Shown here: in pieces, positions 1 to 12,603 of the stretch | Layout of the letters: each line of letters begins with the position of its first letter | Numbering within the stretch: the first letter of the stretch is position 1 | Origin: Eledone cirrhosa | Lineage: Eukaryota | Reading direction: 5' to 3' | Assembly: GCA_964016885.1 (NCBI GenBank) | Contig: OZ024746.1 | Span: forward strand, 59,520,001-59,584,000 | Length of the DNA: 64,000 nt | The notes under the pieces: generated by a model | The model's input: only the letters and a program-made list of their open reading frames with translations | Told to the model about the DNA's origin: nothing | Databases searched by the model: none | Position numbers and translations under genes: made by a program

Positions 1-3000
1 GTGTCTATGTTAGTAGTTGTACTGTTGTTGACTGTATGTTCTGTAGTGTCTATGGTGGTAGTTGTGGTGTTGTTGACTGTATGTTCTGTAGTGTCTATGG
101 TGGTAGTTGTGGTGTTGTTGACTGTATGTTCTGTAGTGTCTATGTTAGTAGTTGTGGTGTTGTTGACTGTATGTTCTGTAGTGTCTATGTTGGTAGTTGT
201 GGTGTTGTTGACTGTATGTTCTCTAGTGTCTATGTTGGTAGTTGTGGTGTTGTTGACTGTATGTTCTATAGTGTCTATGTTGGTAGTTGTACAGTTGTTG
301 ACTGTATGTCCTGTAGTGTCTATGTTAGTAGTTGTACTGTTGTTGACTGTATGTTCTGTAGTGTCTATGTTGGTAGTTGTGGTGTTGTTGACTGTATGTT
401 CTATAGTGTCTATGTTGGTAGTTGTGGTGTTGTTGACTGTATGTTCTGTAGTGTCTATGTTGGTAGTTGTGGTGTTGTTGACTGTATGTTCTGTAGTATC
501 TATGTTGGTAGTTGTCGTGTTGTTGACTGTACGTTCTCTAGTGTCTATGTTGGTAGTTGTGGTGTTGTTGACTGTATGTTCTATAGTGTCTATGTTGGTA
601 GTTGTGGTGTTGTTGAGTGTATGTTCTGTAGCGTCTATGTTGGTAGTTGTGGTGTTGTTGACTGTATGTTCTGTAGTATCTATGTTGGTAGTTGTAGTGT
701 TGTTGTCTGTATGTTCTGTAGTATGTATGTTGGTAGTTGTGGTGTTGTTGACTGTATGTTCTGTAGTGTCTATGTTGGTAGTTGTGGTGTTGTTGACTGT
801 ATGTTCTGTAGTGTCAATGGTGGTAGTTGTGGTGTTGTTGACTGTATGTTCTGTAGTGTCTATGTTGGTAGTTGTGGTGTTGTTGACTGTATGTTCTGTA
901 GTGTCTATGTTGGTAGTTGTACTGTTGTTGACTGTATGTTCTGTAGTGTCTATGTTGGTAGTTGGGGTGTTGTTGACTGTATGTTCTGTAGTGTCTATGT
1001 TGGTAGTTGTACAGTTGTTTACTGTATGTTCTGTAGTGTCTATGTTGGTAGTTGTAGTGTTGTTGACTGTATGTTCTGTAGTGTCTATGTTGGTAGTTGT
1101 AGTGTTGTTGACTGTATGTTCTGTAGTGTGTATGTTGGTAGTTGTACTGTTGTTGACTGTATGTTCTGTAGTGTCTATGTTGGTAGTTGTAGTGTTGTTG
1201 ACTGTATGTTCTGTAGTGTCTATGTTGGTAGTTGTGGTGTTGTTGACTGTATGTTCTGTAGTGTCTATGTTGGTAGTTGTGGTGTTGTTGACTGTATGTT
1301 CTGTAGTGTCTATGTTGGTAGTTGTGGTGTTGTTGACTGTATGTTCTGTAGTGTCTATGTTGGTAGTTGTACTGTTGTTGACTGTACGTTCTGTAGTGTC
1401 TATGTTAGTAGTTGTGGTGTTGTTGACTGTATGTTCTGTAGTGTCTATGTTGGTAGTTGTGTTGTTGACTGTATGTTCTGTAGTGTCTATGTTGGTAGTT
1501 GTTGTGCTGTTGACTGTATGTTCTGTAGTGTCTATGTTGGTAGTTGTACAGTTGTTGACTGTATGTTCTGTAGTGTCTATGTTGGTAGTTGTACTGTTGT
1601 TGACTGTCTGTTCTGTAGTGTCTATGGTGGTAGTTGTGGTGTTGTTGTCTGTATGTTCTGTAGTGTCTATGTTAGTAGTTGTACTGTTGTTGACTGTATG
1701 TTCTATCGTGTCTATGTTAGTAGTTGTGGTGTTGTTGACTGTATGTTCTGTAGTGTCTATGGTGGTAGTTATGGTGTTGTTGACTGTATGTTCTGTAGTG
1801 TCTATGGTGGTAGTTGTGGTGTTGTTGACTGTATGTTCTGTAGTGTCTATGTTAGTAGTTGTACTGTTGTTGACTGTATGTTCTGTAGTGTCTATGGTGG
1901 TAGTTGTGGTGTTGTTGACTGTATGTTCTGTAGTGTCTATGGTGGTAGTTGTGGTGTTGTTGACTGTATGTTCTGTAGTGTCTATGGTGGTAGTTGTGGT
2001 GTTGTTGTCTGTATGTTCTGTAGTGTCTATGTTAGTAGTTGTGGTGTTGTTGACTGTATGTTCTGTAGTGTCTATGGTGGTAGTTGTGGTGTTGTTGACT
2101 GTATGTTCTGTAGTGTCTATGGTGGTAGTTGTGGTGTTGTTGACTGTATGTTCTGTAGTGTCTATGTTAGTAGTTGTGGTGTTGTTGACTGTATGTTCTG
2201 TAGTGTCTATGGTGGTAGTTGTGGTGTTGTTGACTGTATGTTCTGTAGTGTCTATGGTGGTAGTTGTAGTGTTGTTGACTGTATGTTCTGTAGTGTCTAT
2301 GGTGGTAGTTGTGGTGTTGTTGACTGTATGTTCTGTAGTGTCTATGGTGGTAGTTGTGGTGTTGTTGACTGTATGTTCTGTAGTGTCTATGTTAGTAGTT
2401 GTACTGTTGTTGACTGTATGTTCTGTAGTGTCTATGGTGGTAGTTGTGGTGTTGTTGACTGTATGTTCTGTAGTGTCTATGTTGGTAGTTGTGGTGTTGT
2501 TGACTGTATGTTCTGTAGTGTCTATGTTAGTAGTTGTGGTGTTGTTGACTGTATGTTCTGTAGTGTCTATGTTAGTAGTTGTACTGTTGTTGACTGTATG
2601 TTCTATAGTGTCTATGTTGGTAGTTGTGGTGTTGTTGACTGTATGTTCTGTAGTATCTATGTTGGTAATTGTGGTGTTGTTGTCTGTATGTTCTGTAGTG
2701 TCTATGTTAGTAGTTGTGGTGTTGTTGACTGTATGTTCTGTAGTGTCTATGGTGGTAGTTGTGGTGTTGTTGACTGTATGTTCTGTAGTGTCTATGGTGG
2801 TAGTTGTGGTGTTGTTGACTGTATGTTCTGTAGTGTCTATGTTGGTAGTTGTACTGTTGTTGACCGTATGTTCTGTAGTGTCTATGTTGGTAGTTGTACT
2901 GTTGTTGACTGTATGTTCTGTAGTGTCTATGGTGGTAGTTGTGGTGTTGTTGTCTGTATGTTCTGTAGTGTCTATGTTAGTAGTTGTGGTGTTGTTGACT

Positions 3001-5471
3001 GTATGTTTTGTAGTGTCTATGGTGGTAGTTGTGGTGTTGTTGACTGTATGTTCTATCGTGTCTATGGTGGTAGTTGTGGTGTTGTTGACTGTATATTCTG
3101 TAGTGTTTATGTTAGTAATTGTGGTGTTGTTGACTGTATGTTCTGTAGTGTCTATGTTAGTAGTTGTGGTGTTGTTGACTGGATGTTCTGTAGTGTCTAT
3201 GTTGGTAGTTGTACTGTTGTTGACTGTATGTTCTATCGTGTCTATGGTGGTAGTTGTGGTGTTGTTGACTGTATGTTCTGTAGTGTCTATGGTGGTAGTT
3301 ATGGTGTTGTTGACTGTATGTTCTGTAGTGTCTATGGTGGTAGTTGTGGTGTTGTTGACTGTATGTTCTGTAGTGTCTATGTTAGTAGTTGTACTGTTGT
3401 TGACTGTATGTTCTGTAGTGTCTATGGTGGTAGTTGTGGTGTTGTTGACTGTATGTTCTGTAGTGTCTATGGTGGTAGTTGTGGTGTTGTTGACTGTATG
3501 TTCTGTAGTGTCTATGGTGGTAGTTGTGGTGTTGTTGTCTGTATGTTCTGTAGTGTCTATGTTAGTAGTTGTGGTGTTGTTGACTGTATGTTCTGTAGTG
3601 TCTATGGTGGTAGTTGTGGTGTTGTTGACTGTATGTTCTGTAGTGTCTATGGTGGTAGTTGTGGTGTTGTTGACTGTATGTTCTGTAGTGTCTATGTTAG
3701 TAGTTGTGGTGTTGTTGACTGTATGTTCTGTAGTGTCTATGGTGGTAGTTGTGGTGTTGTTGACTGTATGTTCTGTAGTGTCTATGGTGGTAGTTGTAGT
3801 GTTGTTGACTGTATGTTCTGTAGTGTCTATGGTGGTAGTTGTGGTGTTGTTGACTGTATGTTCTGTAGTGTCTATGGTGGTAGTTGTGGTGTTGTTGACT
3901 GTATGTTCTGTAGTGTCTATGTTAGTAGTTGTACTGTTGTTGACTGTATGTTCTGTAGTGTCTATGGTGGTAGTTGTGGTGTTGTTGACTGTATGTTCTG
4001 TAGTGTCTATGTTGGTAGTTGTGGTGTTGTTGACTGTATGTTCTGTAGTGTCTATGTTAGTAGTTGTGGTGTTGTTGACTGTATGTTCTGTAGTGTCTAT
4101 GTTAGTAGTTGTACTGTTGTTGACTGTATGTTCTATAGTGTCTATGTTGGTAGTTGTGGTGTTGTTGACTGTATGTTCTGTAGTATCTATGTTGGTAATT
4201 GTGGTGTTGTTGTCTGTATGTTCTGTAGTGTCTATGTTAGTAGTTGTGGTGTTGTTGACTGTATGTTCTGTAGTGTCTATGGTGGTAGTTGTGGTGTTGT
4301 TGACTGTATGTTCTGTAGTGTCTATGGTGGTAGTTGTGGTGTTGTTGACTGTATGTTCTGTAGTGTCTATGTTGGTAGTTGTACTGTTGTTGACCGTATG
4401 TTCTGTAGTGTCTATGTTGGTAGTTGTACTGTTGTTGACTGTATGTTCTGTAGTGTCTATGGTGGTAGTTGTGGTGTTGTTGTCTGTATGTTCTGTAGTG
4501 TCTATGTTAGTAGTTGTGGTGTTGTTGACTGTATGTTTTGTAGTGTCTATGGTGGTAGTTGTGGTGTTGTTGACTGTATGTTCTATCGTGTCTATGGTGG
4601 TAGTTGTGGTGTTGTTGACTGTATATTCTGTAGTGTTTATGTTAGTAATTGTGGTGTTGTTGACTGTATGTTCTGTAGTGTCTATGTTAGTAGTTGTGGT
4701 GTTGTTGACTGGATGTTCTGTAGTGTCTATGTTGGTAGTTGTTGTGCTGTTGACTGTATGTTCTGTAGTGTCTATGTTGGTAGTTGTACAGTTGTTGACT
4801 GTATGTTCTGTAGTGTCTATGTTGGTAGTTGTGGTGTTGTTGACTGTATGTTCTGTAGTGTCTATGTTGGTAGTTGTAGTGTTGTTGACTGTATGTTCTG
4901 TAGTGTCTATGTTGGTAGTTGTGGTGTTGTTGACTGTATGTTCTATAGTGTCTATGTTGGTAGTTGTGGTGTTGTTGACTGTATGTTCTGTAGTGTCTAT
5001 GTTGGTAGTTGTGATGTTGTTGACTGTATGTTCTGTAGTGTCTATGGTGGTAGTTGTAGTGTTGTTGACTGTATGTTCTGTAGTGTCTATGTTAGTAGTT
5101 GTACAGTTGTTGACTGTATGTTCTGTAGTGTCTATGTTAGTAGTTGTGGTGTTGTTGACTGTATGTTCTGTAGTGTCTATGTTGGTAGTTGTAGTGTTGT
5201 TGACTGCATGTTCTGTAGTGTCTATGTTAGTAGTTGTGGTGTTGTTGACTCTATGTTCTGTAGTGTCTATGTTGGTAGTTGTGGTGTTGTTGACTGTATG
5301 TTCTGTAGTGTCTATGTTGGTAGTTGTAGTGTTGTTGAATGTATGTTCTGTAGTGTCTATGTTGGTAGTTGTATTGTTGTCGGATGTCTGTACAGTAGTG
5401 TCTACGTTGGTAGTTGTTGCATTGTCTATGTTGTGTTCTTGGATATAATGTACTGTAGTGTCTGTTGGGGG
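1..5471 (-). CDS. Candidate mucin-like/PTS exon: (TTEHTVNNTTTTNID)n, open to the window edge (not in the ORF track because no stop lies in the window)
   Basis: Minus-strand frame reads Thr/Asn-rich with N-x-T/S sequons in each unit; the unit variants I inspected are synonymous or missense; the only indel seen is 3 bp; upstream in-frame TAA ~5472; no ATG, so it would need splicing. Confidence 0.45.
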
Positions 5472-5750
5472 TTATGGTGTTGTTGTATTGTATTGTAGTG
5501 TCTCAGTCAGTAGATGTGGTATCATTGTATGTACTGTAGTGTCTATGTTGTTAGCTGTGGTGCTGTTGTAGTTATTGTAATGTGGTGTCTATGTTGGTAG
5601 TTGTATTGTTGTATGTATGTACATTAGTGCTAGTATTAGTAGTTGTAGTGTTGTTGAGTGTATGTACCGTAGTATCTATGTTGGTGGTTGTAGTGTTGTT
5701 GTATATACACTAGTGTTAGTATTAGTAGTTATAGTGTTGTACGTACTGAC
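1..5750. repeat. 45-bp minisatellite (~120 units; consensus gtgtctatgttggtagttgtggtgttgttgactgtatgttctgta), degenerating after ~5370
   Basis: 45-bp periodicity visible directly; one 3-bp deletion near 1460; array continues off the left edge. Confidence 0.97.
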
Positions 5751-6021
5751 GAATTCTAAAATCCGTTGTTCTATTTCATTACCTAAGCCTTACTTTTTTG
5801 TGTTTATTTAAAGATGGTAACATGTTTGACCATTACCGTGATGACTACAAGTGATTTCAGGAATACATTCTAACAGCTTTAAACCCGTGTGTAATGACTG
5901 GTACTCCCATTGGTTTTTTTTTTATCATTATTGTTGTATTTTCTTATTAATTTTCTACTAACTGACCTTGTTGTTGTTGCGATCATTGTTGTTATTGTTG
6001 TTGTTACTGTTGTTGCTATTT

Positions 6022-6258
6022 GGGCGGTGGATTGGTGGTGGATGGGTGGGCAGTATTGGTAGGGGGTCGGACACCAAGCTTTGCAGCATAGAGTTACGGC
6101 CGTTTATGGTCTGGGTTCAAATCCCGCCGAGGTTAACTTTGCCTTTCATCCTTACGCGGGTCGATAAAATAAAGTACCAGTAACGTACTGGTGTCGAGTT
6201 AATCAACTTTCCCCTCCCCCAAATTAATGGCCTTGTGCCTATACTAGAAATCATTATT
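6022..6258 (+). mobile_element. tRNA-derived SINE, family 1 (Meta-like central domain)
   Basis: B-box ggttcaaatcc followed by gccgaggttaactttgcctttcatcct...gtcgataaaataaagtaccag; ATT-type tail; many dispersed copies in the window. Confidence 0.85.
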
Positions 6259-6394
6259 GTTGATGCTATTGTTGTTGCAGCTGTTGTTGTTATTGTTGTT
6301 ATTGTTGTTGTTGTTGTTATTGTTTCTATTGATATTATTGCTGTTGTTGCTGCTATTGTTTTTGTGATGCTGTCGTTGCTGCTGTTTCTATTGA

Positions 6395-6428
<34 letters not shown>

Positions 6429-7360
6429 ACTAATTTTATTGTTGCTGTTTTTGTTGTTGATTTTATTGTTTGGTATTGTTATAGCTATTGGTTTCATTGT
6501 TGTTGTTGCTGTTGTTGTTGTTGTTGTTGTTGCTGCTGCTATTACTGTTAATGGTTTTGCTTTTGTTGTTGTTGTAACTGTTGTTGTTATTGTTGCTGCT
6601 GTTGTTATTGTTGCTGCTGTTGTTGTTATTGCTGTTGATTTTATTGTTGTTGCTGTTAATGTTTTTGCTTTTGTTGTTGTTGTTGTTGTTCTTGCTGTTA
6701 TTATTGTTGCTGCTGTTGTTGTTGTTGTTACTATTACTGTTATTGTTTTTGTTGTCGTTGTTACTGCTGTTGTTATTGTTGCTGCTGTTGCTGTTGTTAT
6801 TGTTGCTGTTGTTGTTGTTGTTATTGTTGCTGATTTTATTGCTGGCATTGTTATTACTATTGCTTTTATTGTTGTACCAACATAGACACTACATTTATTG
6901 TTGTTGTTGCTGTTAATGTTTTTGCTTTTGTTTTTGCTTTTGTTGTTCTTGTTGCTGTTATTGTTGTTCTTGCTGTTGTTGTTGTTGTTGTTGTTGCTGC
7001 TATTACTGTTAATGTTTTTGCTTTTGTTGTTGTTGTTGTAACTGTTGTTGTTATTGTTGCTGCTGTTGTTATTGTTGCTGCTGTTGTTGTTATTGCTGTT
7101 GATTTTATTGTTGTTGCTGTTAATGTTTTTGCTTTTGTTGTTGTTGTTTTTGTTGTTGTTGCTGTTATTATTGTTGCTGTTGTTGTTGCTGTTGTTGCTG
7201 TTACTGTTAATGATTTTGCTTTTGTTGTTGTTGCTGTTATTATTGTTGCTGTTGTTGTTGTTGTTGTTGCTATTACTGTTAACGTTTTTGCTTTTGTTGT
7301 TGTTGTTGCTGTTGTTATTGTTACTATTGTTGTTGTTGCTGTTGTTGTTGTTGCTGTTGT
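6259..7360. repeat. Cryptic (GTT/GCT/ATT)n trinucleotide region with internal duplication (~6520-6680 recurs at ~6985-7145)
   Basis: Direct inspection; recurring motif attactgttaatgtttttgcttttgttgtt. Confidence 0.85.
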
Positions 7361-7539
7361 TGCACCTTGTGAACAGCTGTAAAACTCTATAGAAAGCCTC
7401 ATCTATTCAATAAGGTCAACTGAAAGAACGTCTTTAAGCAAAGTTTGTTTGATGCAGGATATAACTTGCACTGCTCACACGGACATTAAATCTCAGCTCA
7501 TCTCATTCTCTCTTTTCATTGACTACCTGCTCACTATAG

Positions 7540-7542
7540 AAC

Positions 7543-7576
<34 letters not shown>

Positions 7577-8400
7577 CTATAACAATGACAATAACAGCAA
7601 TATCAACAATAACAATGACAACAACAGTAATGAGAATAATAACAACTACTACTACTTTTACAACAACAAAAATATTAATTACAACAACAACAACAACAAT
7701 AACAATGACAATAACAATAAAAACAACAATAACAATAATAACAATGACAAAAACAATAACAACAACAACAGCAATAATGGCAATGACAATAACAATAACA
7801 ACAACAACAATAATAACAGTGACAATAGCAATAACAACAACAACAAAAACAATGCCAATAACAACAACAATAACAATAATAATGACAATAACAATAACAA
7901 CAACAATAACAACAACATTGAATACAAAAGCAAAACCAAAGGATGAGTTTTAAAAGACACCGGCAACTTTAGCAATGACAACAACAATATTAACAATTAC
8001 AACAACAGCAACAACACAACAACAACAACATCAACAACGACAATAACAACAATAGAAGCAGCAGCAGCAACAACAACGCAGCAGCAGCAGCAACAACGCA
8101 GGGGAAAATGTAATAACAAGAGCCAGGCGCAATACTAACAATAACAACAACAACAACAACAACAACGGCAAAGACACGACGTCAGCAACCACAGTGTCAG
8201 TAACAACAACAAAAACAATTATAATATTAACAACAACAAAAATTACAACATTAACAACAACAGCGGCGTCAAAACAATTAGGACGCTAACAACAACAACA
8301 ACAATATCCTCAGCTAGAATGCTATAACAATAACATCAACAAAATCAATAAAAAAAATACGACAAAACACCAATGGCAACAATAACAACTAAATATCGTT
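7540..8400. repeat. (AAC/AAT)n low-complexity tract
   Basis: Direct inspection. Confidence 0.9.
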
Positions 8401-8429
8401 CAACTATGTAATATTCTTCTTTCTAGACA

Positions 8430-10750
8430 TCTACCAACCCAACATCACAACCAGCCCAACATCACAACCAACCAACCAACATCACAACTAACCCAATATC
8501 ACAACCACCCAACATCACAACTAACCCAATATCACAACCAACTAACATCACAACTAACCCAATATCACAACCAACCAACATCACAACTAACCCAATATCA
8601 CAACCAACTAACATCACAACTAACCCAATATCACAACCAACCAACATCACAACTAATCCAATATCACAACCAACCATCATCACAACTAACCCAATATCAC
8701 AAACAACCACCCAATATCACAACTAACCCAATATCACAACCAACCAACATCACAACTAATCCAATATCACAACCAACCAACATCACAACTAACCCAATAT
8801 CACAAACAACCAACATCACAACTAACCCAATATCTCAACCAACCAACCAACATCACAACTAACCCAATATCACAAACAACCACCCAACATCACAACTAAC
8901 CCAATATCACGACCAACCACCCAACATCACAACTAATCCAATATCACAACCAACCATCATCACAACTAACCCAATATCACAACCACCCAACATCACAACT
9001 AAACCAATATCACAACCAACCAACATCACAACTAACCCAATATCACAACAAACCACCCAACATCACAACTAACACAATATCACAACCACCCAACATCTTC
9101 ACTAATCCAATATCACAACCAACCATCATCACAACTAACCCAATATCACAAACAGCCACCCAACATCACAACTAACCCAATATCACAACCAACCAACATC
9201 ACAACTAATCCAATATCACAACCAACCAACATCACAACCAACCCAATATCACAAACAACCAACATCACAACTAACCGAATATCTCAACCAACCACCCAAC
9301 ATCACAACTGACCCAATAACACAACCAACCAGCCAACATCACAACCAACCCAATATCACAACTAACTACCCAACATCACAACGAACCCAATATCACAACC
9401 AAATATCCAACATCACAACTAATACAATATCACAACCAACCATCATCACAACTAACCCAATATCACAACCAACCAACATCACAACTAACCCAATATCACA
9501 AACAACCAACCAACATCACAACTAACCCAATATCACAACCAACCACCCAACATCACAACTAGTCCAATATCACAACCAACCATCATCACAACTAACGCAA
9601 TATCACAAACAACCACCCAACATCACAACTAATCCAATATCACAACCAACCAACATCACAACCAACCCAATATCCCAAACAACCAACATCACAACTAACC
9701 GAATATCTCAACCAACCACCCAACATCACAACTGACCCAATATCACAACCAACCAGCCAACATCACAACCAACCCAATATCACAACTAACTACCCAACAT
9801 CACAACGAACCCAATATCACAACCAAACACCCAACATCACAACTAATACAATATCACAACCAACCATCATCACAACTAACCCAATATCACAACCAACCAA
9901 CATCACAACTAACCCAATATCACAACCAATCAACATCACAACTAACCCAATATCACAACAAACCACCCAACATCACAACTAACACAATATCACAACCACC
10001 CAACATCTTCACTAATCCAATATCACAACCAACCATCATCACAACTAACCCAATATCACAAACAACCACCCAACATCACAACTGACCCAATATCATAAAC
10101 AACCACCCAACATCACAACTAACCCAATATCACAACCACCCAACATCACAACTAATCCAATATCACAACCAACCAACATCACAACCAACCCAATATCACA
10201 AACAACCAACATCACAACTAACCCAATATCACAACGAACCACACAACATCACAACTAACCCAATATCACAACACCCAACATCACAACTAATCCAATATCA
10301 CAACCACCCAACATCACAACTAACCCAATATCACAACCAACCACCCAACATCACAACTAACCCAATATCACAACCAACCACCCAACATCACAACTAACAC
10401 ACTATCACAACCACCCAACATCACAATTAACCCAATATCACAACGACCCAACATCACAACTAACCCAATACCACAACCAACCATCATCATATCTAACCCA
10501 ATATCACAAGCAACCAACATCACAACTAACCCAATATCACAACCAACCACCTAACATCACAACCAACCCAATATCACAACCATCCAACATCACAACTAAC
10601 TCAATATCACAACCAACCAACATCACAACTAACCCAATATCACAACCAACCAACATCACAACTAATCCAATATCACAACCAACCAACAATACAACCAACC
10701 AACATCACAGCCAACCAACATCACAATGCCCCATATTTACAACCACCCAA
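8430..10750. repeat. Minisatellite with 33/37-bp unit (aacatcacaactaacccaatatcacaaccaacc), built of ~16-17-bp subunits
   Basis: Visible periodicity; higher-order blocks (e.g. ~9280-9480 recurs at ~9700-9900). Confidence 0.93.
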
Positions 10751-11395
10751 CTTTACAACTACACAACACATCAACCACACAACACACCAACCACACAACA
10801 CACCAACCACATAACATATGAACCACCCAACACACCAATACATCAACTTCACAACACATCAACCAACCAACACGTCAACTATACAACACATCAACTACAC
10901 AACACATCAACCACCCAACACATCAACTACCCAACATACCAACCACACAACACACCAATGACACAACACATCAACTACACATCACACCAACCACACAACA
11001 CACCAACCACACAACACATCAACCAGTCATCACACCAACCACACAACACACCAACCACACAACACATCAACCAGTCATCACACCAACTACCCAACACACC
11101 AACCACACAACACACCAACGACACAACACATCAACTACACAACACTCCAACCACACAACACATCAACTACCCAACACACCAACCACACAACATATCAACC
11201 AGTCATCACATCAACTACACAACACACCAACCACACAACACACCAACTACCCAACACACCAACCACACAACACACCAACAACACAACACACCAACCACAC
11301 AACACGTCAACCAGTCATCACACCAACCACACAACACATCAATCACACAACACACTACCCTCACAAAACACCAACCACAGAACACATCAACTATG
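10750..11395. repeat. ~16-bp minisatellite (accacacaacacatca-like)
   Basis: Direct inspection. Confidence 0.88.
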
Positions 11396-11522
11396 CTATT
11401 CATGTCTCTGTTATATTTGTGTGGGAGAGTTAGTTCTTCTGATCTGATTTCACAATAAAAACATTAAATTTCTCAATACATTATTACAAACAAAGTGTGT
11501 GAAGTCTTATATAAATGCTCAC

Positions 11523-11648
11523 CTTTCTGTCTGTACGATTGAATATATCGGTGAACATCAGTCTTATCCTATCTGGTTCAAGAACCATCCAGATTCGACA
11601 GTTAAACCATTGTATGAATTTAACCTTTTCTTTACCACGTAACATTGC
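11523..11648 (-). CDS. Candidate 126-bp phase-0 internal exon (AMLRGKEKVKFIQWFNCRIWMVLEPDRIRLMFTDIFNRTDRK)
   Basis: Minus strand: acceptor catcacAG| and strong donor aag|GTGAGC; length divisible by 3; only this frame is stop-free; complex non-repetitive sequence. Confidence 0.4.
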
Positions 11649-12129
11649 CTGTGATGTTTTAATAATTTTGAACATAATACAGATGGTTAAACCACTGAAT
11701 GAATTTAACCTTATCTTTAACATATGACACTGTCTATGATGTTTTAATAATTTGGAATATAATACAGAATTTGCAGGAATTTGTTTGTATAGCTCATTAT
11801 TGAGTTCGGAAAATAACTTAATAAAAGTTTTTACATAAAATTATGTTAGAAGATTTTTAAATAATTATAAATAATTTAATGCTTTCTTTGCCATATTTGT
11901 AATGAAAGAGACTGTGTATAATGTTCAAAGAGTTTTGTAAATAATAATAAATAATTAAGGGATTTAATAATATAACAAACATTCTTGAAAGGTGGTCGAG
12001 AGTGACGAATCTGATGCGGTTGGTTATATCTAATCTTGATATTGTTTGTGTAATTTAAGTAATTTAACTGGATAGTTATGTGAGACTAACGTTGAGGTTA
12101 ACGTCCGAACGAGTATCCTCCACTACCAA

Positions 12130-12420
12130 TTAACTCACCCTCTGCTTCTGGGTCTCGGCCGACATAATGGAGAATGCATTGCCTCGGAGGACGGTGAAGG
12201 AGGTGTGCTGGAAAAGCCACTCCATATCGCGGGGCTCGCTCCTGCGGGTGGTCAACTCTGCTCCGATAACAGTGAGTAGGGATGTGGTCCGGGGGCCGAG
12301 AACGTCGGAAGTCTCCACTGCTACAGGGTCTACCACAAACCTATCCGAGAGCGGCCGATACTTGGCCAGTTGAAAGGAGTGTTTGAGGAGTCTGACCCCA
12401 CGACCCTCTCGGGAATAACT
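12130..12420 (-). mobile_element. 3' fragment of a CRE-clade (RLE) non-LTR retrotransposon
   Basis: Translation KYRPLSDRFVVDPVAVETSDVLGP...WLFQHTSFTVLRGNAFSI matches the CRE C-terminal signature (PxAVETxGxxG...QRxSxAxxRGNA); GC-rich island abutting (CTA)n. Confidence 0.75.
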
Positions 12421-12429
12421 GGGCGAGGA

Positions 12430-12497
<68 letters not shown>

Positions 12498-12603
12498 CAG
12501 CAGTAGCAGTGATAGTAGCAGCAGAAGAAGAAGAAGAAGAAGAAGAAGAAGAAGAAGAAGAAGAAGAAGAAGAAGAAGAAGAAGAAGAAGAAGAAGAAGA
12601 AGA
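12430..12603. repeat. (AGT)n then (AGA)n compound microsatellite
   Basis: Direct inspection. Confidence 0.95.

Noticed and set aside
1-5498. Plus-strand 1815-aa and 1820-aa ORFs (Val/Leu-rich and Cys-rich)
   Set aside because: Stop-free by-products of a 45-bp unit; the compositions are implausible, and the minus-strand Thr-rich frame is the more credible one
6022-6130. tRNA genes at SINE heads
   Set aside because: A/B boxes are present but there is no intact cloverleaf, and they continue into SINE cores
7361-7540. Possible exon in a unique island between repeats
   Set aside because: Stops in the frames inspected on both strands, and no recognisable homology
6117-7996. Poly-Thr, poly-Leu, poly-Val and poly-Asn ORFs
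   Set aside because: Trinucleotide low-complexity sequence; one ORF runs into a SINE; frames break at ~6860-6900
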